Notes: generated by a model not told the origin, from the sequence alone. A stretch of 64,000 nt of DNA from Blepharisma stoltei ATCC 30299 (GCA_965603825.1 CBFDEM010000057.1:794818-858817); one strand, 5' to 3'; positions 11,412 through 23,985 are shown, counted from the stretch's first letter. Translations and numbers: made by a program.

Positions 11412-14114
11412 TTAAAAAGCGTTATCCCAAGCTTCTGACTCTTGGACATTCCCTTTTTTAGCAGGCACTATATCTTCATCTTCTCCTAAAGAATTCAGCA
11501 CGCTTTCCAAGCTCTTTGGATTTTTCATAGCTTTTTCAATTTCTTTATCCAGCTCAGGCAGATGAGGAACATAAGGAGTTGGCAGTAATTTACTTAATAG
11601 CCTTTCCCAGTCAACTGTACAAAACCACTCATTTCTTTTTAAATTTTCAATGCTCCCTCCTAGTCTCATCGCTGGATTTTTGCTTAAAAGCTGCTCAATC
11701 ACTGTCCTAACTGCACTTTTTTTATTTAAATACCCAGGAAACTGTATTTTTCTTGCCAAAATTTTTTCATAAATTGCGTAAGGCTCGTCTTCGTCATTTC
11801 CAAAAGGCAAACAGCCACAAATAAATTCAAATAACATTATTCCTAAGCTCCAATAGTCGACTGCTATCCCATAGCCTTTTCCTATAATAATTTCAGGTGC
11901 CATATAATGAGGAGTCCCTAAGATTGTATAAGTCCTTCCAGAGACAATTTTTGCGGTGCCAAAATCAATTAATTTAGGGTAGCCTTCGTCGTCAATCATA
12001 ACATTTTCAGGCTTTAAGTCACGATAAATAATATCCCGCTCATGAAGATGCTCTAAAATGCAAAGAAGGCAGGATGTGTAGAATAAGGAATCTTCTTCGT
12101 TTACAAGGCCAAGCTCTCGGAGAACATCAAAAAGGTCCAGACCTCTCACATATTCAAACAAAAAATATAATCTTTTGTTATCTTTAAAAGTCCTGACTAA
12201 TTTTAATATAAAATTGTGGTCAATTTCCATAAGAATATTTCTTTCCAGCATTACCATAGACTGTAATTGATATTCTTCGATTTTTTTCCTTGAAACTGCT
12301 TTAAGTGCATATAAAGATCCTTTAGCTCTATGGGCGGTCAATATAACATTTCCAAACATGCCTCTGCCAAGCACTTTAACTGGCACGAGCTCTTCAATCT
12401 CAATTTTATCATCTTGCAAAAATATTCTTTTTAATAGCCTCGTCCTTAAAGCTTCATCAATTATATTCAAAAAGTCAGACTTCCTTAATATCCAGCATGA
12501 AGATTGGCCTTTAGATATCACAGTTGCTGTCCTATTTTTATCAAAAAGCAGGGACCTTTCACCGAAATAGTCCAATTTTTTAATAGCCCTTATCATCTGA
12601 CCATCTTGGTAAACTTCAACTTTTCCTGATCTTACTATAAAAAAAGAATCCCCTGGGCTGTTTTGTTTGACAATTTCAAAGCCATCACTGTATTCCTGTA
12701 CAAGTAAAGCGTGGCTTAAAGCTTGCAATTGGTCATTACTTAGTCCTCTTAAAAGCTGAATTTTTTTCATGACTTGTAAAGCTTCATTATTAGCAGTGGC
12801 ATGCTCATACCTTCCTCCAATACAAATTTGGAATTTCTCTTTTGTAATAAATGCACAATCAGTATCTGCATCAGCTAAAATATCATACTCATAGGTTTCT
12901 GCTGACTCATTAGTAATTTCTTCGTCTCCTAGACAATTAAATTTTTCAATAATTGTATCAGAATACTTTAATTTTCCTTTTAATATAATAATAAGCTGTG
13001 CACCTTTAGCTGCGCCTCTTTGAATTACGCGTGTGCCTGCTTCATAAGTATTAATTTCCATTGCAGCAATCAGTGAATTCGCTTGTTCACTAGTCAATTG
13101 GCTTAAAGTTTTGCTTTTTTCAATCGCAATTTTCTGCGAATTTTTATAAATAATTTGATGCAGATGATTTCCAAGCACTTTTATTAATTTTTCTCGCCCA
13201 ATAGCAATACAAGTCACATTTTCATCAGCTGTAATAGTAGCTGTTCTTGCACTTCCATATAATAATGCCTGCTCTCCAAAATACTCTCCTCTTCCCATAC
13301 GTCTGATTTCTGCTCCTTTTTGTGTACAAATTACAGTGCCTTCTTTTATTATATACAATAAATCCCCAGGATCACCTTCATTTACAATATTTTCCCCACT
13401 TGAAAATTTGAAGCTTGACAATGCAAAAACCAAGACTTCTTTTTGTTTGGCAGTTAAAATATGAAATAATGGCACAGTATTGACAAAATTTTTGTTTTCT
13501 TCATAATAAGTCGCGTTTATTTTTTCAAGGGCTTTTCGGAAAGTGTGCCGAGTCAAGCCCCATAAGCCTACTTTTGTGATTGTCTTTACAGTTGCACTTC
13601 GGGGTGAATCATGGAGAAGGGCAAGCTCTCCAAAACTATCACCTGCGTGAAGTACTTTTACTTGATTTCCATTAATAATTACTTCGAGATCACCACTTTC
13701 TACTACGAAAAAATTATTTCCAGGGTTGTTCTGCTCGAAAATTATTTCTCCAGGGTCTAAATCATAATATTTCATATGGAAAACTATGGCTTGGTGAAGA
13801 TCCTTTCTCAGGCCTTTAAATACAAAATGCTTTCCTAAGGCTTCCAGTATTATTTCTAAGTCTCACTCCGTCTTTTGGCGATCAGAAATTACTGCACTTG
13901 GTGCATCCTGCCTAGTTTCAGCTCGCTCCCTATGAGCAATTCCAACTGGTTTTTTCTTCACACTTCTCCTAGTATAAGAATCCTTTAAATCTCCCCACTC
14001 AGATGTAGCCTCACTTTCATATACAGACCTTGGCATGTCGCCTCTCTTAGAAATAAGTTTACTTTTACTATGATTTAGAGGAGCGCTTTGATGAGAACTA
14101 AGGCAGCCTCCCAT
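11412..14114 (-). CDS. PKG: cGMP-dependent protein kinase (alveolate type, four CNB-like domains), 900 aa
   Basis: MGGCLSS N-terminus joined via TGA 13863-13865; FGELALL..SPRSAT, FGEQALL..ARTAT and FGERSLL..NRTAT cNMP cassettes; AGC kinase GRGMFG, YRDLKPEN, DFG, GTPHYMAPE. Confidence 0.92.
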
Positions 14115-14237
14115 ATAAAATTGATAAATGGATTGTAATTTAAATTTGAGAATACGTCATCTAAATAACGTCGCGAATAATAATTTTTGTGCTCATGCTC
14201 TACTAATAAAAAGAGAAGGATCTCAAGTATAATTAAT

Positions 14238-14915
14238 ATGAAAATAGTTTCGACCAAAAAAGGCCTGAAAATTAGAAGTGGAATTTTAAGAGAACAATAC
14301 ATATGGAGTAAAGATCCTGTTGTGAGAAAAAGAGAAGAAAACCAATTTCCTATGCCAGTTTCACATTCAGAACACCAGAGTATATTTTCATATAATCTTA
14401 ATTTATCTCCTGATACATCAATTACAGGGAGAAGTGCATTCATGATTGATGAAGATCCTTATGAAGTAAATAGACCGTTCGTTGGGAAAAAAATTCCAAC
14501 GCCGTTTAGATCCCTTAGTAAAGATATTGATATAAAAGGCAACCTAATGCACCCTGATAATGAAATAATCCCTATTAAAGCAAGAGCTGAAGATATTGCA
14601 ATTTCATGTATGCCTTGTAAATCAAGCAAAGAATTGCAGTTAATTCGATTACATAATAAGCGTAAATTAGAACAGGAAAATATACACAAAAAATTAAGAG
14701 AAAAAGTAAACCAAGAAATTCCAACGAAAAAATTTTTGGAGGATGTAACAACGTTATTGGAAAAATGCAGATCAGAAAATACGATATTTGAGGTAGTTGG
14801 AAATGATGATAGATTAAAAAATATTGCAAAATGGCACTTAAAAGAATATAAAAAAGGCTGAGATATGAAAAAAACGTTTTTAAGCAGAAATGGTCATAGT
14901 ATTATACAAAATTAA
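14238..14915 (+). CDS. Hypothetical protein
   Basis: ATG 14238; read-through of TGA 14859-14861 to TAA 14913-14915. Confidence 0.6.
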
Positions 14916-14933
14916 TTTAATAATTCAGTTAAT

Positions 14934-15479
14934 TTAATTTTTTGTATAAAACCCAGCAATCGCCAATCTATTTGAATAATTTGGTAAAAATTCGTCATGT
15001 TGATTTTCCCATCCTTCATAGTGTACATACAAGTCTGAGTACCCCTCTCCACCAACCACAAGTTTAACCACTCCTTTCCTCCATATTCCCTCCTCATCTT
15101 TAATATCAATCTTTTCCCCCACTTTAACATTTTCCATTACTTTTGAATTTTCCTTTATTTCCATCCAAAACTTTTTCCTTGATAAATATTTAAAAATTTC
15201 ATTTTTGTCTATTAAAGATACAATAATTTCATCTAGCATCAAGTTTGGGTAAAAATCAGTTTTTTTGATATTTCTATTACAAATTGGGCAATTCTAAATA
15301 AAATTTACGTCATTTTCAAGTAAGTGCTCAGTGATACAGACTTCACAAAAAGTGTGGCCACATTCTACGGTCGCGTTTAATACAATTGGCTGCTTGCATA
15401 AAATACATGTAAAGTTGTAAGGAGAAAAATAATATTTCGAGGCAAAAATTTCGCTCATAAATTCCTTGACTTTTTGCAT
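14934..15479 (-). CDS. C3HC4 RING finger plus Tudor/chromo-barrel-like domain protein (one intron)
   Basis: CILC..CGHTFCEVC then, after the intron, NCPIC; C-terminal VGEKIDIKD..GIW....V...YVHYEGW...DE. Confidence 0.82.
15294..15308 (-). other. 15-nt intron GTAAATTTTATTTAG
   Basis: Removal deletes an in-frame TAG and restores the final CPIC pair of the RING. Confidence 0.9.
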
Positions 15480-15519
15480 GAGGGGGGTTATTGATTATTT
15501 AATTTCAATTATACTTAAT

Positions 15520-16170
15520 CTAATGACAGCAACCTTTTTTCTTTTTTGGGGTTTCAGTGATTAAGCTTTTCCCTTTTAGAGTTCTGTCAACAAGGTCTCG
15601 TGAGTGCAAGCTTTCTGCGAGACTCATTTTTACTATAATCATTTTGCTTACAGCTTCAAAAAGTTCATTCACTCCTTCTCCACTTTTAGCGGAAGCTTCT
15701 AAAAATTCGCATTTTGAGCTTTCAGCGTATTTTTTACCCTCATCATAGCTGACTTCTCGCCCTTCAGCTTTATCTATTTTATTTCCTACTAAAAGTACAT
15801 TTTCTATACTTTCTATTGAATTATTTTCTCTGTAATCATTGATTCATATTTTTACATTATCAAAGCTTTCCCGATTGCATATATCATATACAGCCACGCA
15901 GCCATTTGAAGACCTAAAATAACAATTTGTAATAGGCTTGAACCTTTCTTGTCCAGCAGTGTCCCAGACTTGAAGCTTTACTTTTTTATTGTCAATTATC
16001 AAACTTTTGATTTTAAAATCTACCCCAATAGTGCAATTATAAGCTGTTTCAAATTCTTCGTCTACATACTTGGAGAGAAGGGAGCTTTTGCCAACTGCAG
16101 CATCCCCAATGAGAACTACTTTTACTATATAATCAAAATCCCTAAAGCTCTTTCTGGCTGGGTTTTCCAT
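15520..16170 (-). CDS. Rab family small GTPase (Rab1/Rab8-like)
   Basis: GDAAVGKS, TIGVDF, WDTAGQERF, TGA at the conserved W (NVKIW), GNKID, EASAK, C-terminal KKKKGCCH prenylation motif. Confidence 0.93.
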
Positions 16171-16299
16171 GAGTTAGATTATAGCATTATCCATTTTAAG
16201 TAAATATGAGATAAATAAACATAAAAATATATAAATTAATTTGAATAATTACTGTAGGAACAATTTAATTTAAAAAATAAAAGATTATTTCGATTTTCG

Positions 16300-16818
16300 T
16301 TAAGTTTGCCAATTGTCGTTTTTTGTCATTTGGTCTTCTATAATACCTTCAATCATCAGAAAATGATTTGGCCCAAACTCCCATTTCAAGTTATTTCCTT
16401 TTTTGCATATATATTTGTATTCCAAGGTTCCCACCTTATCTTTTTCAATTGGAAGAGTCCCTTTCCATATATTCCCTTCACTCCATTCTAATTTAAAAGC
16501 ATGCTGTGGGTTTCAATTGCCGATTTTTTCGTGGTTTCCACATACCCAAATTGATTCCCCAAAGGAAGTTTTGTAATTTATATGAAAATGAACATCAGAT
16601 GTATGTTTTTCGCTAAAATCTATCTCTTTAGCTTGTAGTTTTCCAGCTTCAGTATAGTGTTCTTTTCTTGGAGCATTCGTTGTTTCGGCTTCTTTGCTTT
16701 CTTCTTGGGTTTCTTCACGTGATTCTTTATGGCTTTCCTCATGAGATTCCTGGTGGCTTTGATGGATTTGCTTGGTTGTTTTCTTTCCTGATGTCTTATC
16801 CGATTCTGACGGCTCCAT
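16300..16818 (-). CDS. CBM20 starch/glycogen-binding domain protein
   Basis: VHFHINYKTSFGESIWVCG...GNW(TGA)...LEWSEGNIW...EYKY...KWEFGPNH. Confidence 0.85.
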
Positions 16819-17584
16819 TATAAATGAATATATTTTTTAATTTAATCCATTAAAATGATCAAAGATTATTATGTCTCAGAATTGCTACAGCTTAAACCTT
16901 ATACATTAAAATGATATTTTATCCAAAAGTTTTCGGTTATAAAGTTATAAATAAGCAGAATTCTTGATTATTTTGATAAAACATTATTAAGGCGAAAGAT
17001 ATTTTGATAATGGAAAATTTTCAAATTTTGATATCAAATATTTACTCTAATTAGCGATAGTTCAAAAAATTATCCACATTTAAATCAAGATAGATTTGAA
17101 TACAAATAATAAAGTTATTTGTGAAAAATACGCTTGATATTTATTACTTATCCAAAATTAAACATATCCAAAAAAATCCAGCAAGTTTTTTAGCCTAAAT
17201 TTGAGTTAAAAAATTATTTTGTGAAATATTTTTGAGCGAATTTATTTCTAATAATTTTTTTATTATGAGTTCAATTTTTATTAAACATTAATAATTCGTA
17301 TACTGATTAGATGTGGCATCTCCATCTATCAAATATGAGCTTGGCCAATTCATCAATATAGGTCTTCCTACCCAAAACTTCATCAAAAATTTCTTTATGC
17401 GGCAAAATAATCCAAAAAAAATTTTTTATAAATTTTAGTATTCCCTCTTATTCAGCCACAATCTTTATTTTCTTAATTCTTAATTTCCAGCCAGCCCAAA
17501 GTCTTCAAATCTTCACATTTATTACTGTACATGCTGAAAAAATGAATGGCATTGTCATCGAGCATAAATCAATAATTAATATTG

Positions 17585-19123
17585 ATGGGCTGTTGTACAT
17601 CAAAGAAGCCAGATAAAAATTCCAATTCGCCCGAAATCATTATCACGACTAATAAAAACATAGAAAAAATTGTATTTTCCGCTAAAACCCCTAACACTAG
17701 ATCAGTTACCGTTCATGAAGTATCTAAAATCAGAAGATCTTCACATGTAGCACATAAAAATGGGCCTATCGAAGAGTACTTCAATGTATTAGAAAAAATT
17801 GGGTCTGGAGGGTATGGGAACGTTTTTAAAGGGACTGATAAGCAGACAGGTTTTTTTAGAGCTTTAAAATGCATCAAAAAGAACAAACTCAAAAACACAA
17901 ACCTAATGAGCGAGGTTGAACATCTACAAGAACTCGTAATCATAACTCAGGATCATCCAAACATCTTAAGAGTTTTGGAGGTGATTGAAGATTCGGAGAA
18001 TTTTTGAATAGTTACAGAGCTCTGCAAAGGACCTAACCTCTTTGAAAAAATCTCGAAATTCGAAATATTTAGCGAAAATCAAGCTGCGGTGTACATGTAT
18101 GACATTTTGTCAGCACTGAGCCATTGTCATAAGGCAGGGATAATCCACCGTGACATTAAGCCAGAAAATTTGCTTTTCGAGACCAGCAACGAAAATTCAG
18201 TCTTGAAAATCATTGATTTCGGGACATCACGTAAAATAACTGAAGATATAAAATGTACAGAACTTATAGGGACTGTAATTTTAAATTAGCCATATTATGT
18301 CGCCCCAGAAGTGCTTGAAGGTGCCTATGATGAAAAGTGTGACCTGTGGAGCTGTGGGGTTATTTTGTATATAATGCTTTCTGGATACCCTCCTTTCAAT
18401 GGGTTGAACACTGGGAAAATTTTTAAAAAAATTAAGCATGCTTTATACACGTTTTCTAGTGAAGAATGGCAAGGGATTTCTGAAGACGCCAAAGACCTCA
18501 TTTCTAAACTTCTTCAAAAAGACCCGAATCAGAGACTCAGCGCAGAAGAAGCGTTGATGCACAAGTGGATCAAAAAAAGATCTGACACTAAAAATTTCTC
18601 TGTGAATTCCAGCACCATAAGCCATTTAAGGCATTTTAACTCATCTTGCAAGCTAAAAGTGTCAGCTTTAAGCTATATAGCGAATCATTTGAGTACATTA
18701 GAAGAAATTACTGAAATAAGGGAACTATTTTTAAAGCTTGATCTCAATGGAGATGGCAAACTTAGCAGAGAAGAACTCAAAAAAGGCTGCAAAGTCCTTG
18801 GACTCAATAAAGCAGCAGAAATTGAAGATATAATGGAAAGATGCGATGCAGATGGAAATGGGTATATTGATTATACGGAATTTATTATTTCTACCATGGA
18901 TTGGGAGAATAAGTTATCAATGGATAAGCTTAGGGAAACGTTTAAAGCTTATGATACTGATGGGAGCGGAGCAATCAGTGTTGAAAATTTAAAAAATTTT
19001 TTTGCAAATGACTTAAGTTTAAATCCTGAAGATTTTGAAGAAATGCTGAGGGAGGGAGATATCAATGGGGATGGAATCATAGATATTGACGAGTTTATGC
19101 AGGTTATGAACTTCACGACTTAA
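17585..19123 (+). CDS. Calcium-dependent protein kinase (CDPK), two introns
   Basis: MGCCTS acylation motif; kinase [19 protein letters not shown]|PYYVAPE; four EF hands; TGA at 18005-18007. Confidence 0.93.
17936..17950 (+). other. 15-nt intron GTAATCATAACTCAG (in-frame, no stop)
   Basis: Removal restores the canonical kinase EL|DHPNI motif. Confidence 0.85.
18275..18289 (+). other. 15-nt intron GTAATTTTAAATTAG
   Basis: Removal restores GT|PYYVAPE in the activation segment. Confidence 0.95.
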
Positions 19124-19243
19124 GTCAGTGTATTGAATATATATACTAATCAATTTCTAATATAATAGTAAAATAATATAGGATTGAAAATTCTTAAAAA
19201 TTTCTCAAATTCAAAATAAATTCTAATCACTTAATCTAATCCT

Positions 19244-20323
19244 TTAACTTAAATATAAAGCTAAAGACGCTAAAGCTAAATAAACTGCGCTATCGTCTTC
19301 TTCATAACCAGGGTCAAACAATCCCATACTTTTCGCACAATTATCAATAACTCCTGATTGATAAAGAGCCCAGTAACTGAATTGTTGATTCATAAGAACC
19401 CAATGGTTATATTGATCATCCGAAATAGACCCACAAGCCCACAAAGTTGCTACATCTCCAATATGAGTTCTATCTTCCGCACATTTGCTCTCAGAATATT
19501 GCATATCTTCGTAAAGGCTTCCTATATGGTCATAAGCCATAGACATATATGACGCACAATACCCAATTGAAGTGTTAGTTCCAGAACATAAGCAAGGCTC
19601 AGAGGCAATCACGTCGTCATAGACAACACTTTTATAGGTACAAGTGTGGCCAATTCTGCATTGGTAAGGAGGTCCTAAAAGTTTTCCATTAGCATAGACC
19701 TTGATAGCATCACAGTACCCGTTAGAAGTTAAATAATTGCTCACACAGAATTTTGCATCATCAGCTTGCTCACTATAATAGATGCTGAAAAGCTTGGTGC
19801 ATTTCTTTTGGTTACAGCCATAGCCAATGTCGCATTCATAGTCCTTTGTGCATGCTGAGCCTTCAGATAAAGTAGTTTTGCAGTATCCATTGCTAGTGCT
19901 AGTTAAGTTATAGCAATATGAGCCAGCCTTACAAATGCTATGTGAATCGCAATAGCTGTTATAGGCATGTGGTTCACATATTCCATCAGTGCAGAAGCCT
20001 GACACACAGTTCCAATCTTGGCAGCAATGATCGCCTGGGGCTTGAGTTTTTGTATAGGTGCTGTCGTTGCATAAGTCTACATAAGTTTTAAAGCTGTAGT
20101 TTACACAGGTCGAGTTTTTCCAGGTGGCTGAATAGGTAGAGAGTTGAGAATAGCTTGAGCATTGATAACCAGCTAGACATGGGCTTACGTTAACCACATT
20201 TGAAAGGACTTGGATACAGTAGTTAGGGTTGGTGTCAACACATTGTGTTGTTAGACAGCCATCGGAGTTGAGGGAGTAGGAAAATAGTGGAAAGGTTAGA
20301 AGGAGGAGTAGCGGATAGACCAT
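19244..20323 (-). CDS. Cysteine-rich secreted/surface protein, probable GPI or C-terminal anchor
   Basis: N-terminal signal peptide, many Cys in Dickkopf-like CxxDxxC..C modules, hydrophobic C-terminus; distinct T/S/C/Y-rich composition. Confidence 0.8.
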   Translation of the reverse strand: MVYPLLLLLTFPLFSYSLNSDGCLTTQCVDTNPNYCIQVLSNVVNVSPCLAGYQCSSYSQLSTYSATWKNSTCVNYSFKTYVDLCNDSTYTKTQAPGDHCCQDWNCVSGFCTDGICEPHAYNSYCDSHSICKAGSYCYNLTSTSNGYCKTTLSEGSACTKDYECDIGYGCNQKKCTKLFSIYYSEQADDAKFCVSNYLTSNGYCDAIKVYANGKLLGPPYQCRIGHTCTYKSVVYDDVIASEPCLCSGTNTSIGYCASYMSMAYDHIGSLYEDMQYSESKCAEDRTHIGDVATLWACGSISDDQYNHWVLMNQQFSYWALYQSGVIDNCAKSMGLFDPGYEEDDSAVYLALASLALYLS

Positions 20324-20969
20324 TTATTGATTTATAACTGAGGATTAGATTTAAAGTATGAAGCTAAGAAAAATAATTAAATTTAGATTAGATAATTAAA
20401 GAAACTATCTTTGAAGAGGTTGACTGGCTGTGTGATAAATGATTAAAGATGACATCCGTTTAAATTTTAGTTTATTAAATCTTGATGCTCTAATTTTATT
20501 GAGTGAATTTATGTCTAAGCAATATTAAATTTTTTCCACTGGCGATTTTGAAATTAAAAATTAACCGAGCTTAAAGCTGCCTTTCATAGTAATTGATAAT
20601 CTGATCATCTTTTATATTGAATTTGCAATCAATAAGATTTAAAGAATTTTACGATGATATTTTATTTAATAATAATTTATCCTTTGTTCTTGTATTGAAA
20701 TCAATATTAGATTTATTAAAAACTGATTTAATCTAAAATAAAATGGATTTTTTTCTCAGATTCGCACTTTTCATATAAAATTCAACTATTATTAGGCTAT
20801 TCTAAAGTAAAATTCCCAAAAATTACAAATAAAAATGATGAATTTTCAGTCAGCAAATAATTCAAGATAAATTAAAAATAAATATTTATAATATACACCT
20901 TAAAACAATAATAATTTTCTTTATTATTTCTTTTCGATATCATCATCAGCTTAGCAAATGTAATTTTAA

Positions 20970-22373
20970 ATGTCATTTTTTCTGCTATTATTTTTCGATC
21001 AAGTTTTCTCATTCAATATCGGCTTCTACAACTTACTCCCCTACTCTCACACTACAGAAGACTGTATTGCTCTCGATATTTGACAAAAGATTTCTACTCA
21101 GCTAGGCATTTCATACACTATTATTAACTTAGCAAACGAAACCCAAGGAATTGATTGTGTAAACTCAGGGTCTTGTGATGCCTGCATCACAGGAATTGAT
21201 AGCCAACTTACTTTAAGCTACCCTTTATTTTATGTAAAATCCATCTAGGACCGCGGCTTATTAGTAACAGTAGATAAAAGACCAGGATATGTCAGTAAAT
21301 TTCTATGACAATTTTTGATTTTAATTGTGTCGATATGGCTGCCTCTACTAATTATCGTCTCTCATATCATTTATTTTGTGGAAACCCGAATTTTATACCC
21401 AAATAATTACCCTTTAGCAATTTTAAACGCAATATGACTAATGGTCACTTTTTCAACTATCAAAAAACCTTACGCAAAAATATGAGCCTTGATCTCAGGA
21501 ATTTTTTTGCTTTTTGTAATGATGCTTATTATCGCTGACTTGTCGTCTTCAATAGCAAATGCAAATCTCTACGGGTCAATTTCAACGGAAAATATAATGG
21601 ACATGGACCTATGTGCACAATATTGAACAAATTTTAATACAGATGCGAGCCATGACACATTAAAAAATTGTTTAAACGACTTAAAGGATGAGGATTATGA
21701 TGGGGTGTTAGCAGGAAGGCTTGAATTGAGCTATTTTGTAAAGCAGCATGATTCATGAAATGATGACAGCAGCTTAATTTTGCATGACACTATAAGTAAT
21801 GAAATATTTTTCCATTTAGGATTTTCTTCAAAAAATACAGAGCTTTTGACAGAAATAAATAAAATATTGCAAGATTTGTGGACGAATAAAGTCATTTTTC
21901 AGATCACACAGAAATATTATGAAAATTTAAGCATCAATTATAGAGAAAAATATACGGTAATTTTTAGGATTGCGCCGCTGGTGCTGGCAGGGTTGACGAT
22001 TATTATAGTGTTTATTGGAGCATTGCTGGTGATTGGGCTTGTAAAAATTATAAAAAATAAAAAAGAAGTAAATCAAAAAGAGATTGAGGATGGAGCCAAT
22101 AGCTCAAGAGCTTTACTCTCAGCAAGAGAACATGGAAATACGCTTTCTCTTGAGCGATCAAACCTAAGAGCCCAACAAGGAGCTGGAAGGCCTGAAGGGG
22201 AATGAGTAAACAAAGCCGTTAACATCGAAGACGAAAATGCTCACAAAATCAAAAATATCCAAGACTACGAAAACGAGCTCTCCGCTGTGCCCCCAGCCAG
22301 ACCTTCCCTTGTTGCAAGTGACAGCTTAGCTTCTCTATTCAAACCTGAGAAATCTAAGACTAATAAAGACTAA
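20970..22373 (+). CDS. Ionotropic glutamate receptor-like ligand-gated channel (S1-M1-P-M3-S2-M4, no ATD), ~462 aa
   Basis: Signal peptide; PBP lobe (IALDIWQKISTQLGISY..GSCDACITG..LSYPLFYDRGLLV); M1; pore helix NAIWLMVTFST; M3 IIADLSSSI (SYTANLAAF-like); S2 (YDGVL..FHLGFSSKNTELLTEINKIL); M4. Needs several UGA-Trp and one intron. Confidence 0.78.
21234..21248 (+). other. 15-nt intron GTAAAATCCATCTAG
   Basis: Removes the only in-frame TAG of the iGluR-like frame. Confidence 0.88.
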
Positions 22374-22414
22374 TATTTTCATATAAAAATTCACTCATAT
22401 TTCCATTATAAAAT

Positions 22415-23968
22415 ATGTATCGCAGACTCATAGCTTTATCTCGGTCCTTTTCCACTCATGAAAACATCTTCAAGCAGTATCTCAAACAAGCTGAGCAAAT
22501 TGCTGAAGAAGAAAAGAAAAAAGCTGAAGAAGTCAAAATAGATACAGAACAACTTCTAGGGCCTAAAGAATCAGGTTTAATAGACCCAGCACTAAAATAC
22601 CTTAAAGCAACTAAACTTATTGAGAAAATTATCAAGACAAAATCAATCGAGAGAATACAGCTGATGATTGAAGACGCCTTATATGACGTATCGAAGAACT
22701 ATAAAGAGAAAAAAGACCAAGAAGAAGATGTGCTTAAACCAATGGAACTAGTTCAAAAACTAACAGAGTTATGGGTCGAAAGACCAGATCTAAAAGTTTT
22801 GGATGTCCCTTCAGCATCTATTTTCCGAACGATTCTAATCAGCAGTATATCTGAAAATAAAGGATATTTTGGGAAATTCCAAAGAATTACTAAAAATGAA
22901 GAAGGCGAGTTCAACCCGTTCTTTTATGGAGAATTTTCAGAAGAATTTTGCAAGAATATGATCAAAGGAATAGGAAAAACTGCTCCAGGGGTTAGAGTTA
23001 TTAGAAGAGTGATAGACCATTTGGCGGCCTATGACATTGAACCAAGCACAGAGCTTGTCAATTTGATCGTCGAAGAATCCGTACAAGGAAGGTGGCCAAA
23101 GGTTCTCCTCACAACCCTTGAATACGCTGTCAAAAAAAGAACTAAAATTCCTTTAGAAACCTGGAGCAAAGCCATAAAATTTTTCCGCTTTTGCTCCGAA
23201 CACTTCGATAAAGCCAGCATCTGCATCAACTTGGCTATAAAAACAGGAGTCGACCCTGACTATGACTTAATCGAGCCACTTGTAGCCAAAAATTTAAAAC
23301 ATGGAAGAATTGAAGAAGCTAAAGACTTAGTAAGCATGCTCAGAAAAGAAATCCTCAATAGAAACAGAGTCAACGCTATTCTTGTCAGAGAAGAGCAAGC
23401 CAAAAAGACTGTAGAAGTCATGAAAAAATTTATCAACACCTTATTGGATGCCCGCAAGCCAAAGCCAGCCCATGAATATTATGATGAATATATAAGAGAC
23501 CCATACACCAATAAAATCAGCGAAAGCTATGAAATTGGCTTCAAGCTTTACCAAGACATTGGCGACGTCAGAGATGGAATTTGGCTCTATGAGTTTATTA
23601 AGGAAGACAAAAAATTCGAATGGAACCAAAAGCTCGTCACAAGCCTTCTCAAAATGGTCAATGAATTTGGAAAGCCTGCCCTTGAAGCCGCTATAGATAA
23701 AGCCCAACAGATTTTTGTGAATAAAGAACTTTACAGCACTTTTGCACTAAATTTATTGATTACTTATTTTGGAAGGCATGAAGTGTGGGATCAATTGCAA
23801 GCTATAGTTTTAAAGCTTTTGGAGACTAAATCTGAGGTAAACAAGTATACAAAATTAACATTGGAGAGGCAGATTGAAAAATGCTTAAATCCCGCTTATA
23901 AGAGGCAGATTTTAGATAAAGTCAAACTCATTGAATTTCCTGAAGAAGTCCCAGAAGAAGCTAAATAA
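22415..23968 (+). CDS. Predicted mitochondrial alpha-solenoid (PPR-like) protein
   Basis: MYRRLIALSRSFS presequence-like N-terminus; helical repeats such as GVDPDYDLIEPLV..GRIEEA and FALNLLITYFGR. Confidence 0.65.
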   Translation: MYRRLIALSRSFSTHENIFKQYLKQAEQIAEEEKKKAEEVKIDTEQLLGPKESGLIDPALKYLKATKLIEKIIKTKSIERIQLMIEDALYDVSKNYKEKKDQEEDVLKPMELVQKLTELWVERPDLKVLDVPSASIFRTILISSISENKGYFGKFQRITKNEEGEFNPFFYGEFSEEFCKNMIKGIGKTAPGVRVIRRVIDHLAAYDIEPSTELVNLIVEESVQGRWPKVLLTTLEYAVKKRTKIPLETWSKAIKFFRFCSEHFDKASICINLAIKTGVDPDYDLIEPLVAKNLKHGRIEEAKDLVSMLRKEILNRNRVNAILVREEQAKKTVEVMKKFINTLLDARKPKPAHEYYDEYIRDPYTNKISESYEIGFKLYQDIGDVRDGIWLYEFIKEDKKFEWNQKLVTSLLKMVNEFGKPALEAAIDKAQQIFVNKELYSTFALNLLITYFGRHEVWDQLQAIVLKLLETKSEVNKYTKLTLERQIEKCLNPAYKRQILDKVKLIEFPEEVPEEAK

Positions 23969-23985
23969 TAAAAAATTCTTTAAAT

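Noticed and set aside
17270-17570. Slightly GC-elevated minus-strand segment that might be coding
   Set aside because: Frames are interrupted by TAA with no consensus intron and no recognisable motif
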